64,000 nt of DNA from an uncultured Bacteroidota bacterium (lineage in GTDB: Bacteria; Bacteroidota; Bacteroidia; Bacteroidales; 4484-276): assembly GCA_903944895.1 (NCBI GenBank), contig CAJATL010000052.1:973-64972 (forward strand). The letters run 5' to 3'. Position 1 is the first letter of the stretch. Every line of letters starts with the position of its first letter. The position numbers and the translations under genes were made by a program. Below are positions 29,701 to 38,251 of the stretch, piece after piece. The notes beneath the pieces are model-generated. The model was not told the origin of the DNA, ran no database searches, and was given only the letters and a program-made list of their open reading frames with translations.

Positions 29701-31177
29701 GCCGGTTAAAAATTGGTCGAGGGTTCAGATTGAAAATGATGTTGTTTTAGATGCCGGTAAAACCATGATTGATCTAACTGTTGATGCAGCGGCAAGCCTG
29801 GTTGTTGCTTCATCGACGCAACTCACAGTTACCGGAAATTTGCTGAATAATGCCGGCACCGGCGGTTTGGTGCTCCAATCGGATGCCACCGGAACAGCAT
29901 CTCTTCTCCACGTTACAGCAAATGTAAATGCGACCATACAAAGGTATATTACCGGTAATCCGTCCCTTACCGCCAATACTTATCATCTTGTTTCGGTTCC
30001 GCTTACGCCAGCCACCAATTCGACTTCAAACCTTTTTTTGGGAGCGTACCTTTACGATTTTGACGTGGCCGGTAATTCCTGGCATAGTCTGGGAACATCA
30101 ACCACCACGGTACTCGACGAAACCAAAGGTTACATGATTTACGCACCAGAAAATAACCATACGTACACTTTTGCTGGACCTATGAATGTCGGGACTTTCG
30201 ATCCGTTGGTAGTTTTTACAGGCGCAGGAAATAATCTGGTTCCAAACCCTTACCCAAGCGCCATTGATTGGGATGCCGGTGGCTGGACAAAAACCGGAAT
30301 CGCCAACTCGGTTTATTTGTGGCCTTCGGGAGGTACCGGATATGTAACTTATGTTGACGGCGTGGTAATTCCCGAAGGTACGACCAATCCAAACATAATT
30401 CCTGCAGGCCAGTCGTTTATTGTAAAAGCCGTCAGCAGCCCTACATTCCGAATGACTGACGCGGTAAGGGTTCATAGTGGCAAGCCTTTCCTGAAATCCG
30501 GTGAAAACACTACCGACCTGCTCAGGATAAAAGCCACTGCAAACGAAATGACCGACGAGGCTGTCATCCGCTTTAAAGATGCAGCCACTCCTTTCGCCGA
30601 CCCAGATTATGATGCCTGGAAACTTTATGGCACCGATGGCGCACCACAACTTTACACCTTGTCCGGCAACGGTGAAATGCTGGCCATCAACAGCCTGCCT
30701 TACCCGGAAACAATTTATACAGTTCCGCTTAATTTTGAGATGAATGCGGAGGCAACAGTTACTTTCACTTTTGAAAACATCAGCAGTTTTGAACCATCGC
30801 TCGGTATTTTTCTTAAAGATGAACTCACTGGCCAAACCGTCAATCTCCGAAATAATCCTGCTTATACTTTTATTCACAAAACGGAAAATTCGCCAGATCG
30901 GTTTAAACTGGTTTTCGGTGGCATCATCGGAATTAACGAACCAACGTCAGATGCCGGAAAAATGTGGATTACAGGAAACACGCTTTTTATCAACACCACC
31001 GAAATGGCCGGACAGCAAGCTGTGATTGAAGTTTACAACTCCTCCGGCCAAAAGCTGCTGGCAAAAACGCTGGTTTTGGATGAAATCACAACTTTGGAGT
31101 TGAGTTTAAAAGGATTTGTGATTGTGAAACTTACTTCGGGACAAAAGGTAATAACAACAAAAGGGATTTTAAACTAA
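26798..31177 (+). CDS. T9SS cargo protein with three LamG domains and a conserved C-terminal module
   Basis: Three ALxF...TxExWV...LYxNG...DExRIW units; NPYPSAIDW module; CTD-like end (VYNSSGQKL...VIVKL...TTKGILN). Confidence 0.87.
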   Translation: MKNIYTLPLIFLLVLGFFPIKSLAQTSNLPGKALQFQVAGQYVSGTGINSAITAITLECWVYHNSMPGQVERYLTIGPEVAVLRHDGSIYGGPGRLQFYIKKTNGSLVGVWADNVLSAGVWMNVAGTYDGTNFKLYLNGVLVASSSAGSGLYPPDGGFSFNSPGSENLVGKLDELRVWNYARSEQQIRENMHLTLSGDEPGLLNYWQLNEGSGPTAHDYTGNCNGTLYNLGNGNWTNSTIPLGGGFSNSQTVNTTGNVTFTGTGFSSDFTALSATENITVSRINLSPNTKPSDPFYAACSQYWVVKNFDNQPFTADLTFNLNDDLNSYNGLNPGSVRLFTRSENSDGDWTYVEKAAIVDTVANTATFTDLSTFGQFLVLRTYPENYAGNALEFDGVDDYTELSDASGFQYNGSFTVEAWVKAEVMGSGFHSIAAKGTEWELKMYEGSSFIIIEFGANNNAIFSFKNLNTSLVVGKWLHLCGVVNQTAGQKHLILYVNGEAGSSVNPPAITPTASFIRIGSGFKGKIDEVRIWREARTQQQIREKMHLTPTGADKNLDVCLQFNEPYGTTANDVAGGNNGTLTNMSIGCWVLSGVPAGGGVSHTQTETGGTVNFTGTGLSMFFNSHASASITVSRIDVAPNINTSLFDSQYWIINRFGTGTFNANLTFTVAEDITADDQASSSGIKLYTRPTNDDASWIYAINAASADASGNTATFNNLTGFSQLAVCRRLPADNFAGNALDFHPTNDYISGTGLKSSMIQFTLEAWVYHNNLTTDVQQYITLGPDVAGIKYNGQSSGGDTWLNFFINTNNYSGYAVTAVNVLSTGNWMHVAGSYDGATMNLYLNGELVKTMAASERIDTLDGTFIISGTEAMDGKLDEIRIWNYARDIADIRADMYRTLAGTETGLVSYWQFNEGSGIEPKDIVGGNSGTFYNMDASNWTISTIPTPYQSIAGGNWSSSSTWDAGQGAPVKNWSRVQIENDVVLDAGKTMIDLTVDAAASLVVASSTQLTVTGNLLNNAGTGGLVLQSDATGTASLLHVTANVNATIQRYITGNPSLTANTYHLVSVPLTPATNSTSNLFLGAYLYDFDVAGNSWHSLGTSTTTVLDETKGYMIYAPENNHTYTFAGPMNVGTFDPLVVFTGAGNNLVPNPYPSAIDWDAGGWTKTGIANSVYLWPSGGTGYVTYVDGVVIPEGTTNPNIIPAGQSFIVKAVSSPTFRMTDAVRVHSGKPFLKSGENTTDLLRIKATANEMTDEAVIRFKDAATPFADPDYDAWKLYGTDGAPQLYTLSGNGEMLAINSLPYPETIYTVPLNFEMNAEATVTFTFENISSFEPSLGIFLKDELTGQTVNLRNNPAYTFIHKTENSPDRFKLVFGGIIGINEPTSDAGKMWITGNTLFINTTEMAGQQAVIEVYNSSGQKLLAKTLVLDEITTLELSLKGFVIVKLTSGQKVITTKGILN

Positions 31178-31179
31178 GA

Positions 31180-31348
31180 CCCCATCCCCGGCCCTTCCCC
31201 ATCCCGATAGCTATCGGGAGGGGAAGGGAGCGAAAGTTCGTGGGATTTGGTCGGTTAATTTGAATCGAAGAATTTTTCACAAAACAAACCCAAATCCCAG
31301 GAGCGTTCCCTCCCCCTCTCTTTTTGGAGAGGGGGCCGGGGGGTGAGG
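31180..31348. repeat. G/C-rich hairpin repeat with an inner perfect palindrome
   Basis: cccttcccc..tcccgatagctatcggga..ggggaaggg and ccccctctc..gagagggggccggggggtgagg. Confidence 0.75.
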
Positions 31349-31378
31349 CAGAAAAAATAAACAGACACCATTCAAACG

Positions 31379-31597
31379 ATGAAGAAAATTTTAATGCTTT
31401 CGATTGTACTGACGATTTCGGGGTTTTCACTTTTGGCTCAAGCACCACCAAATCCTCCCGGTGATGCAGGTGGTAGCGGCGGCCCTGTGGGAGGCGGCGG
31501 CGCACCCATCGGCAGCGGGATAGTTTTGCTAATCACGCTGGCAGCGGGTTATGGCGGGAAGAAGGTTTTTGATGCAAGGAAGAAACTTGCCGAATAG
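31379..31597 (+). CDS. Micro-protein: signal peptide, Pro/Gly linker, PID-CTERM-like sorting tail
   Basis: MKKILM...LLA|QAPPNPPG...GGGGAPIGSG-IVLLITLAAGYGG-KKVFDARKK; paralog at 35879. Confidence 0.8.
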   Translation: MKKILMLSIVLTISGFSLLAQAPPNPPGDAGGSGGPVGGGGAPIGSGIVLLITLAAGYGGKKVFDARKKLAE

Positions 31598-31651
31598 ACG
31601 TTTTTGCCAGGCTATGAAATTCGTTTGTATTCCGAGTTATTACCAGGTCAA

Positions 31652-31676
31652 TGGGCGGCATTACAAATGCCGCCCA
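31652..31676. terminator. Hairpin between convergent genes
   Basis: tgggcggcatt-aca-aatgccgccca; no clear T run. Confidence 0.5.
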
Positions 31677-31725
31677 GCCGGGGGCCGGCGCAGCACCTGA
31701 CAGCGTCAATAAAAGCGTACCATTT

Positions 31726-32106
31726 TCACCCCTTTCTCACCTCCACATTCTTAAGCTTCCTGGTAATATCCTTGTCAGCTCTGAACTGCATCTTTACCTT
31801 TTTTACACTGCGGAAGTTTACATCTTCTTCGTTTTCGTAAGAATCGCTGCCAAACGAAAGCGAAAATATCCCCAAAGGAGGCAGGTGAACCGTGTAATTC
31901 TCGGCAAGCAGGTTAGGTACTATTTCGGCAAGACTGTTCAGCGCCGACAACGCATCGCCGCTGCTCAGGCTCGAGCGTTCGGCAATCATCCGGGCAATCA
32001 TTCTAACATCGGCTTTTTGCCGTTTGCACGGAAAAGCAATGTACCTTGTTTTCTTTTCAGGATTCAGTCCGCCTTTTACAGGCGTAATTTTATAAAGTAC
32101 AGGCAT
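31726..32106 (-). CDS. HU/IHF-like DNA-binding protein (Bacteroidota HU-HIG type)
   Basis: IA..IAERSSLSSGD...L..LAE.....L.....VHL..LG.F.LSF...V....VKKVKMQFRADK. Confidence 0.85.
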   Translation of the reverse strand: MPVLYKITPVKGGLNPEKKTRYIAFPCKRQKADVRMIARMIAERSSLSSGDALSALNSLAEIVPNLLAENYTVHLPPLGIFSLSFGSDSYENEEDVNFRSVKKVKMQFRADKDITRKLKNVEVRKG

Positions 32107-32190
32107 AAGTTTATGTTTTTATTGTTAAAGCACTACAATTGTCATTACCTGTTAACCCATTCGTATGGAGAAACCAGTAATTACTACTTG

Positions 32191-32286
32191 CAAAGTTAGC
32201 TATTTAATATATAGTAAACTAATGTTTAATTTATAGTAAAAATAATTTAAACATATAGTAAAATAGATTTTACCTTAAGGTAAAAT
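32191..32286 (-). promoter_or_regulatory. -7 promoter box with four 22-bp-phased repeats and a 20-bp palindrome
   Basis: Minus-strand TAACTTTG (32191-32198); TATAGTAAA at 32210, 32232, 32254 and TAAGGTAAA at 32276; ATTTTACCTTAAGGTAAAAT (32267-32286) is a perfect palindrome. Confidence 0.6.
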
Positions 32287-32506
32287 TACAACATTACTTG
32301 AGAGATTCGCCCAACTATAAAGTCGAAAAACCTGGAAGGTTTAAACGTTGACAGCGTCAAAATAAATTGAACAGTAAATGCCGCCCAGCCCGAGGCAAAG
32401 CCGGGAATTTTATTTACCACAATTAGTGTTGGTAAGTAAAAGAATTACATACATTTGTTAACTATTTTTATGAAATGAACAGTTACTACATTTAAAAACT
32501 CTAACA

Positions 32507-35500
32507 ATGAAAAAGATTCTAGCAATTACATCAACGAAGCGAACCAGAATAATCAGCATCGCTGTGCTTTTTGTTTTAATGTCGGGTAGCGGGCTTTTTG
32601 CTGCCAACCAGGTAGTTACAACCAACAGCGATGCCGGTGCCGGTTCGCTTCGCCAGGCCATTGCCGATGTGAGCGATGGCGGAACCATCACCTTCAATCT
32701 CTCTGCCGGGAATGAAACCATTGTTATTCTGACCGAACTGCTGATTACCGGCAAAGGCGTTACCATCGACGGCTCCAATTCATGGGGAAGTCCCAATCAG
32801 GTTACCGTACAGGTTACAACACCGGGAACTTCTCCCTACCGCGTATTTCATGAAATTGCAGATGGAAAAACCTCCTACATCAGCAATATGACTATTAAAG
32901 GAGGATACATTACGGGATCGGGCGGTTACGGTGGTGGAATCTACCTCGAACAAGGAACCTTAAACCTCTCTCATGTAACAGTTTCCGATGCGCAGGCATA
33001 TCAAGGCGGGGGCATTGCAATGGTTGCGCCGACAAGCTGCACCTTTGACTGGGTTACCGTCAGCAACTGTACGGGCACACTGGGTGGAGGGCTTTATTGT
33101 GGATCCGATAATAATCTTACCCTAAATAACTGCCTGTTCACAGGAAATACCACCAGCGACCCGGTTCCTTCAAAATCGCCCAAATCATCCGGTGCTTACG
33201 GAGGCGGAATTTGCAATATAGGAACCATGACAATTAATCAATGTGAAATCAGTGAAAATGTCGGTGCCGGCGCTTACTCGGTATATGGTATTGGTATCGC
33301 AAACCTGGGTGCAATAACGATTTCCGGTTCTGTGATTAAAAATAATAGTTATTCAGGTGACAAGGGTGCTATCGGGGGAGGTATTGTTGTTTACTCTGAG
33401 GATGCCAACGTGACATGCATCATCGAAAATTCTACGATTAGCGGGAATAGTATAAATTCAACAACTAGTGCAGGAGTAATGGGTGCAGGCATTGGTTTTT
33501 TTAATGTAGATGTTACCGGGGCTATCATTAATTGTACTGTTTCGGAAAATACTGCAACGGCGCCCTCCATGGCATTAGGGGGAGGCGTTTGTGTCTTGTT
33601 GGCCTCTGTCGCCATCTCAAACAGTACCATCGCAAATAATGTTGCCTCGGAGGCCGGAGCAGGCATTTGCCAGGTTGCCGGAACCCTGTCGATAAAAAAC
33701 ACCATTATAGCCCAAAATTCAGATAACTCCACAAAGTTCGATTATAATGCCTATACCGCTTACGGACCTTGGACGCTGAACGACAATGGCAACAACATCG
33801 TGCAATACCAGAATGTGTCTGCTGATGCAGGAAACAGCTTCAACGCCACCACTGATTTTTTGTATAACACCAAATACAACGCTTCAGGAACAGCCTTTAC
33901 CAATTGGACCAAAGGAGGCGATGCCAACGGCGGAAGCCTGAACCTTGCCTACGCTGTGGCTTCCAATGGCGGCCCTACGCAAACGCTGGCCATCACCCCC
34001 GGCAGTATTGCCATCCATTCAGGCGCATGGGATGATGCCGTTACCAAGGATCAGCGTGGCACGAACCGGCACGAGGGGACACCAGCCATCGGAGCCTTTG
34101 AACTCCGACCGGCGCCGGGCTACTTTTATTCAATTGATCCTCCTCCAACCTGGGACTATGAAGGTAACTGGGAAGATGGAATTGTGCCGGGCGCCACGGA
34201 TAATGTGTCAATATCGCCGAATGCTGCTTTTAATCCAAGGATTTACACCAATGTCGTTTGCAACGATCTGAACATTCCAGCCGGCATGAATGTTACTGTG
34301 TATCCCGGCTACAGCCTCACAGTGAATGGAACCTTGCAAAACAACGCCGGAATTTACGGGGTTAGAATTTACAGCACTGCATCAGGAACAGGCTCGTTGA
34401 TCCACCATACCGCCAATGTGCAGGGTTTTGTAGCACGGTACCTCCCGGGAGCATCCCAATCCTGGCATTTTCTATCTTCGCCGGTGGCAGCGCAGGCCAT
34501 CAGTCCTGATTTCGTGCAAGATCCCCCGACCGATTACGATTTCTTTACCTGGTACGAGGCAGGAGACACCTGGGTAAATTTTAAAAATACAACTATAGCC
34601 CCGACCTGGGAAACGGCAAACTATGACAATAACTTTGCAGCCGGCAAAGGTTACCTTGTTGAATATACCGGTACCGACCTTATCAAAACATTCTCCGGCA
34701 ACCTGAATAGCGGACCGATAGCTTTCAACCTTTCAAGAACAGGAACAGGCGCTTATGCAAGATATAATCTGGCAGGAAATCCCTATCCGTCGGCCATTGA
34801 CTGGAAAGCTGCCAGCGGCTGGGACAGAACAAATCTGGAACTGAATGGTGGTGGTTACGACATGAGCATCTGGAATGATGCCTTAAGCACCGGCAATTAT
34901 GGCACTTTTAACAGCGCATCACTCAGCGGAACCGGAACAAACGGTGTGTCGCAATATATACAGGTTGGCCAGGGCTTTATGGTAAAAGCAATAGCGCCGG
35001 GAAAAGCTCCATTGTTACTTGGCATCCAAATGGATGATAGAGTAAGAGTACACAATACGCAGGCTTATCTCAAATCAACCGATGAAGTTGCCAACGTACT
35101 TCGCATGAAAGTTTCGGGGAATGTTAATTCTTATTCCGATGAAATTGTCATTGAATTTGGCCATCCAACCGCCGATGGCGGTGCCGAAAAGATGTTCAGC
35201 TTTTATGAAACCGCGCCCAGTCTTTATACCGTGAAGCCAGATGGAAATTATTCCATTGATTTCCGTGGAGAACCCGGTGCCGTTACCATCCCGCTTAGTT
35301 TTAAAGCAGGTGCTGATGGTGATTATACGCTTACGGCCAGCCAGCTCGAATCGTTTGCATCATCCACCGATATTATGTTGGAAGATGTAAAACTGAATAC
35401 CACACAAAACCTCATGCAAAACCCGGTTTACACCTTTTCCTCAACCAAAACCGACGATGGCGCACGTTTCCTGCTGCATTTTGGAGGCGCTTTCAGCATC

Positions 35501-35749
35501 AACGAAAATGCAAACGAACAACCGATTAATGTTTATGCTTCGGGAAATACGGTTTACATTTCCAATACATCAGGAAGTGAGATGAAAGGTGAAGTGTTTA
35601 TTTTCAATACCATCGGTCAAACCCTCATGTACAAAAAACTCAGCGGTGAAAACCAGACCAGCATAAGCCTTCATTCCAATACCGGTTACTACCTTGTAAA
35701 AGTTGTAACCAACGATAATACTTATTCTACAAAAGTTTTTGTAAAATAA
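32507..35749 (+). CDS. T9SS cargo protein: beta-helix repeats, choice-of-anchor-Q-like domain, conserved C-terminal module
   Basis: DAGAGSLRQAI start, GGGI/NxTISGN repeats, NGGPTQT.A...GS.AI..G...DQRG...IGAFE, GNPYPSAIDW, CTD ending KVFVK. Confidence 0.88.
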   Translation: MKKILAITSTKRTRIISIAVLFVLMSGSGLFAANQVVTTNSDAGAGSLRQAIADVSDGGTITFNLSAGNETIVILTELLITGKGVTIDGSNSWGSPNQVTVQVTTPGTSPYRVFHEIADGKTSYISNMTIKGGYITGSGGYGGGIYLEQGTLNLSHVTVSDAQAYQGGGIAMVAPTSCTFDWVTVSNCTGTLGGGLYCGSDNNLTLNNCLFTGNTTSDPVPSKSPKSSGAYGGGICNIGTMTINQCEISENVGAGAYSVYGIGIANLGAITISGSVIKNNSYSGDKGAIGGGIVVYSEDANVTCIIENSTISGNSINSTTSAGVMGAGIGFFNVDVTGAIINCTVSENTATAPSMALGGGVCVLLASVAISNSTIANNVASEAGAGICQVAGTLSIKNTIIAQNSDNSTKFDYNAYTAYGPWTLNDNGNNIVQYQNVSADAGNSFNATTDFLYNTKYNASGTAFTNWTKGGDANGGSLNLAYAVASNGGPTQTLAITPGSIAIHSGAWDDAVTKDQRGTNRHEGTPAIGAFELRPAPGYFYSIDPPPTWDYEGNWEDGIVPGATDNVSISPNAAFNPRIYTNVVCNDLNIPAGMNVTVYPGYSLTVNGTLQNNAGIYGVRIYSTASGTGSLIHHTANVQGFVARYLPGASQSWHFLSSPVAAQAISPDFVQDPPTDYDFFTWYEAGDTWVNFKNTTIAPTWETANYDNNFAAGKGYLVEYTGTDLIKTFSGNLNSGPIAFNLSRTGTGAYARYNLAGNPYPSAIDWKAASGWDRTNLELNGGGYDMSIWNDALSTGNYGTFNSASLSGTGTNGVSQYIQVGQGFMVKAIAPGKAPLLLGIQMDDRVRVHNTQAYLKSTDEVANVLRMKVSGNVNSYSDEIVIEFGHPTADGGAEKMFSFYETAPSLYTVKPDGNYSIDFRGEPGAVTIPLSFKAGADGDYTLTASQLESFASSTDIMLEDVKLNTTQNLMQNPVYTFSSTKTDDGARFLLHFGGAFSINENANEQPINVYASGNTVYISNTSGSEMKGEVFIFNTIGQTLMYKKLSGENQTSISLHSNTGYYLVKVVTNDNTYSTKVFVK

Positions 35750-35751
35750 AA

Positions 35752-35826
35752 CCCGCCCCACCCCCAACCCCTCCCCCAAAAAGGGAGGGGCGCAAGTTCC
35801 TTCTTTGTGGAGGGGTTGGGTAGGGA
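35752..35826. repeat. G/C-rich hairpin repeat related to 31180-31348
   Basis: cccacccccaacccctcccccaaaagggagggg...ggaggggttgggtaggg. Confidence 0.65.
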
Positions 35827-35878
35827 AATTAAAATCAACAAAATTTTGAAATTCAGAAATCATTAAATATTCAGAAAT

Positions 35879-36118
35879 ATGAAAAATGTACTTAAAAAAC
35901 AGATGTTTGCCTTGATTTTACTCGGTTTCATGGCCATTATCCAAATCAGCCAGGCACAGGCGCCACCTCCACCACCAGGCACTAAAGGTGGCGAAACCAA
36001 CGGTGTTCCCGGTGGCGGCGGCGCACCCATTGGCAGCGGGATAGTTTTGTTAATCACGCTGGCGGCAGGATATGGCGGGAAGAAGGTTTTTGATGCAAGG
36101 AAAAGGCTGGCGGTGTAG
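35879..36118 (+). CDS. Micro-protein: signal peptide, Pro/Gly linker, PID-CTERM-like sorting tail (paralog of 31379)
   Basis: ...SQA|QAPPPPPG...GGGGAPIGSGIVLLITLAAGYGGKKVFDARKR. Confidence 0.8.
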   Translation: MKNVLKKQMFALILLGFMAIIQISQAQAPPPPPGTKGGETNGVPGGGGAPIGSGIVLLITLAAGYGGKKVFDARKRLAV

Positions 36119-36422
36119 CCCAGGCAAAGTTTCAGCAGAAACCTCAGAGATAATAATTAAGCTTCGGGGTTTTTGCTGTTTCCTGGAGGCTTTAAAAAAA
36201 ATGAATGAGTTCGGTTAAAAAACTGAAAACTACCAGGCTTTCAATCTGTCAGGTTTAACTCCTGGCCAACCCATCCAAATTGATTTTACAGGACACACAG
36301 GATTTTATCTGGTGAAAGTAAAAACCGAAAACATCACAAAGTCTGAAAAAATTTACATCAGATAAGTCTTCACTAACGCTAAAAGAAAAGCGAAAACCGT
36401 AACAATTTAAAATTCCGGAAAG

Positions 36423-38180
36423 ATGAACGCAAAAATGTTAACCTTTCTCTTCCTTCTGCAAGGAGCGATGCTTCCGGCAAATGGCACTTCTCCACAAAAA
36501 CCTGAGGACAGATCAGAAAAAACCGGGCCGGAAATCTCAAACTTGACCTACGATAACATCACAACAACCAGTGTTACCGTGTATTGGAAAACAGACTTAC
36601 CGGCTGATTCGAAGATACGCTGGATGGCTCCGGATTCCAATTATCAGGCGCTCATTTTTATCGATTCGTTGTATATTTCTGCTTTGGTAACAAATCATGC
36701 AATTCCGGTCAGCAATCTCCAGCCGGCAACGATTTACAAATACCAGGTTATTTCGCAAAATGCAGATGCCGCTGCGGTGGATTCGGGTTATTTTGTTACC
36801 CAATCGGCCTCATCGGGGAAAGTGAATGTTTATTTTAACCATACTGTTGATATTTCGGTGAGCACAGGAGAACATGCAAACGGGAGCCAGAATTTTGAAA
36901 ATCTTTTTATTAGCCGGATTGACAGCGCAAAATACAGTATTGACATCACTTTGTGGGGATTTTCGTATTATACTTCAATTACAAACGCATTGATCAACGC
37001 AAAAAATCGCGGCGTTAAAATCAGGTTTGTTTATAATCACACGGCCTTTACGCCCTGGATAGATTCGCTGATTGCCCACGAAATTCCGGTCATAAAAAGA
37101 GAGTTTGATACCATCTTTTCGATGCATAATAAATTCCTGATTTTTGATTACCGGTACAACGACAACCCCAAAACCAAATATTTGTGGACCGGCTCCACAA
37201 ACGTTTCCCATCCTCAGTTTCACTCCGACAAAAACAACATTATTGTCATTCAGGACGAAGCGCTTTGTGCCGTTTATACCAGGGAATTTGAGGAGATGTG
37301 GGGTTCGCACACCGACCTGCCTGATCCGTCAAAGGCAAGGTTTGGAACCCAAAAAACCGATAATGTTCCACACATTCTTAATGTCGCAGGCACCAGGATG
37401 GAGGTCTATTTTTCGCCTTCCGACAGCGTTTCAGCTTTTTTAAGCAATCTTATCCTGACCAAAACTACCGAAAGCCTGTTTTTTTGCATGTTGAAATTTG
37501 AGCTACCTGAAATCGAAAATGCTTTGCATACGATATTTATTGATGAGATAAAAATCAAAGGTGTGTTCGACCTGTCCAATATTTTTCTGCCAAACAGCGC
37601 TTATCCCCGGATGAAAGGAATGGCTGTGCCAAATGCCTGGAATCCTCATGCCGACGTATTTCCTGATACCTTGTCGGGATTAATTCACCATAAATATTTC
37701 ATCACTGATGCAAATTCATCAGGAGGGAATAAAATTACTGCCACAGGTTCGTTTAATTGGGAAACCCCCGCCAACATTGGAAACGACGAAAATTCGCTCA
37801 TCATTTTCGATGCAAGAGTAAATAATCTTTATTACCAGGAATTTCATAGCCGCTATCGCGAATCAGGTGGAGAATTAATCGGGCTGGGCATCGGAAATCC
37901 AGACATAGAAATAAATTCTGGTTTTTCGTTAAGTCAAAATTATCCGAACCCGTTTAATGCCTCGACAAACATAAAATTTACCATTGCCAATTCGGGCGAC
38001 GTAAAAATTATAGTGTATGATATGATAGGGCGCCAGGTTAAAACGCTGGCAAACGAAAAATTAAAACCTGGCACTTACGAAATATCTTTCGATGGCTCTT
38101 CGCTGCCGAACGGAATTTATTTGTACCGGTTTTCTGTTGCCGATTTTACCCAAACCAGACGAATGATCCTCGATAAATAG
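36423..38180 (+). CDS. T9SS-secreted phospholipase D-superfamily protein with N-terminal FN3-like domain
   Basis: Two HKD motifs (MHNKFLIFD, IHHKYFITD), WTGSTN / TGSFNW, CTD LSQNYPNPFN...GIYLYR. Confidence 0.88.
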   Translation: MNAKMLTFLFLLQGAMLPANGTSPQKPEDRSEKTGPEISNLTYDNITTTSVTVYWKTDLPADSKIRWMAPDSNYQALIFIDSLYISALVTNHAIPVSNLQPATIYKYQVISQNADAAAVDSGYFVTQSASSGKVNVYFNHTVDISVSTGEHANGSQNFENLFISRIDSAKYSIDITLWGFSYYTSITNALINAKNRGVKIRFVYNHTAFTPWIDSLIAHEIPVIKREFDTIFSMHNKFLIFDYRYNDNPKTKYLWTGSTNVSHPQFHSDKNNIIVIQDEALCAVYTREFEEMWGSHTDLPDPSKARFGTQKTDNVPHILNVAGTRMEVYFSPSDSVSAFLSNLILTKTTESLFFCMLKFELPEIENALHTIFIDEIKIKGVFDLSNIFLPNSAYPRMKGMAVPNAWNPHADVFPDTLSGLIHHKYFITDANSSGGNKITATGSFNWETPANIGNDENSLIIFDARVNNLYYQEFHSRYRESGGELIGLGIGNPDIEINSGFSLSQNYPNPFNASTNIKFTIANSGDVKIIVYDMIGRQVKTLANEKLKPGTYEISFDGSSLPNGIYLYRFSVADFTQTRRMILDK

Positions 38181-38251
38181 CTGATTGAAAAGCCTTAAAA
38201 TGGAGCAAAGCATAAAATTATTTAATTTTATAACCTTAAGTTTTAAAAGTA

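Noticed and set aside
30098-30877. Long antisense ORF (259 aa) and similar shadow ORFs
   Set aside because: They lie opposite well-supported genes and show no recognisable motifs
31490-36105. Diversity-generating retroelement TR/VR pair (near-identical micro-protein tails)
   Set aside because: Differences are synonymous and not adenine-specific; no reverse transcriptase in the window
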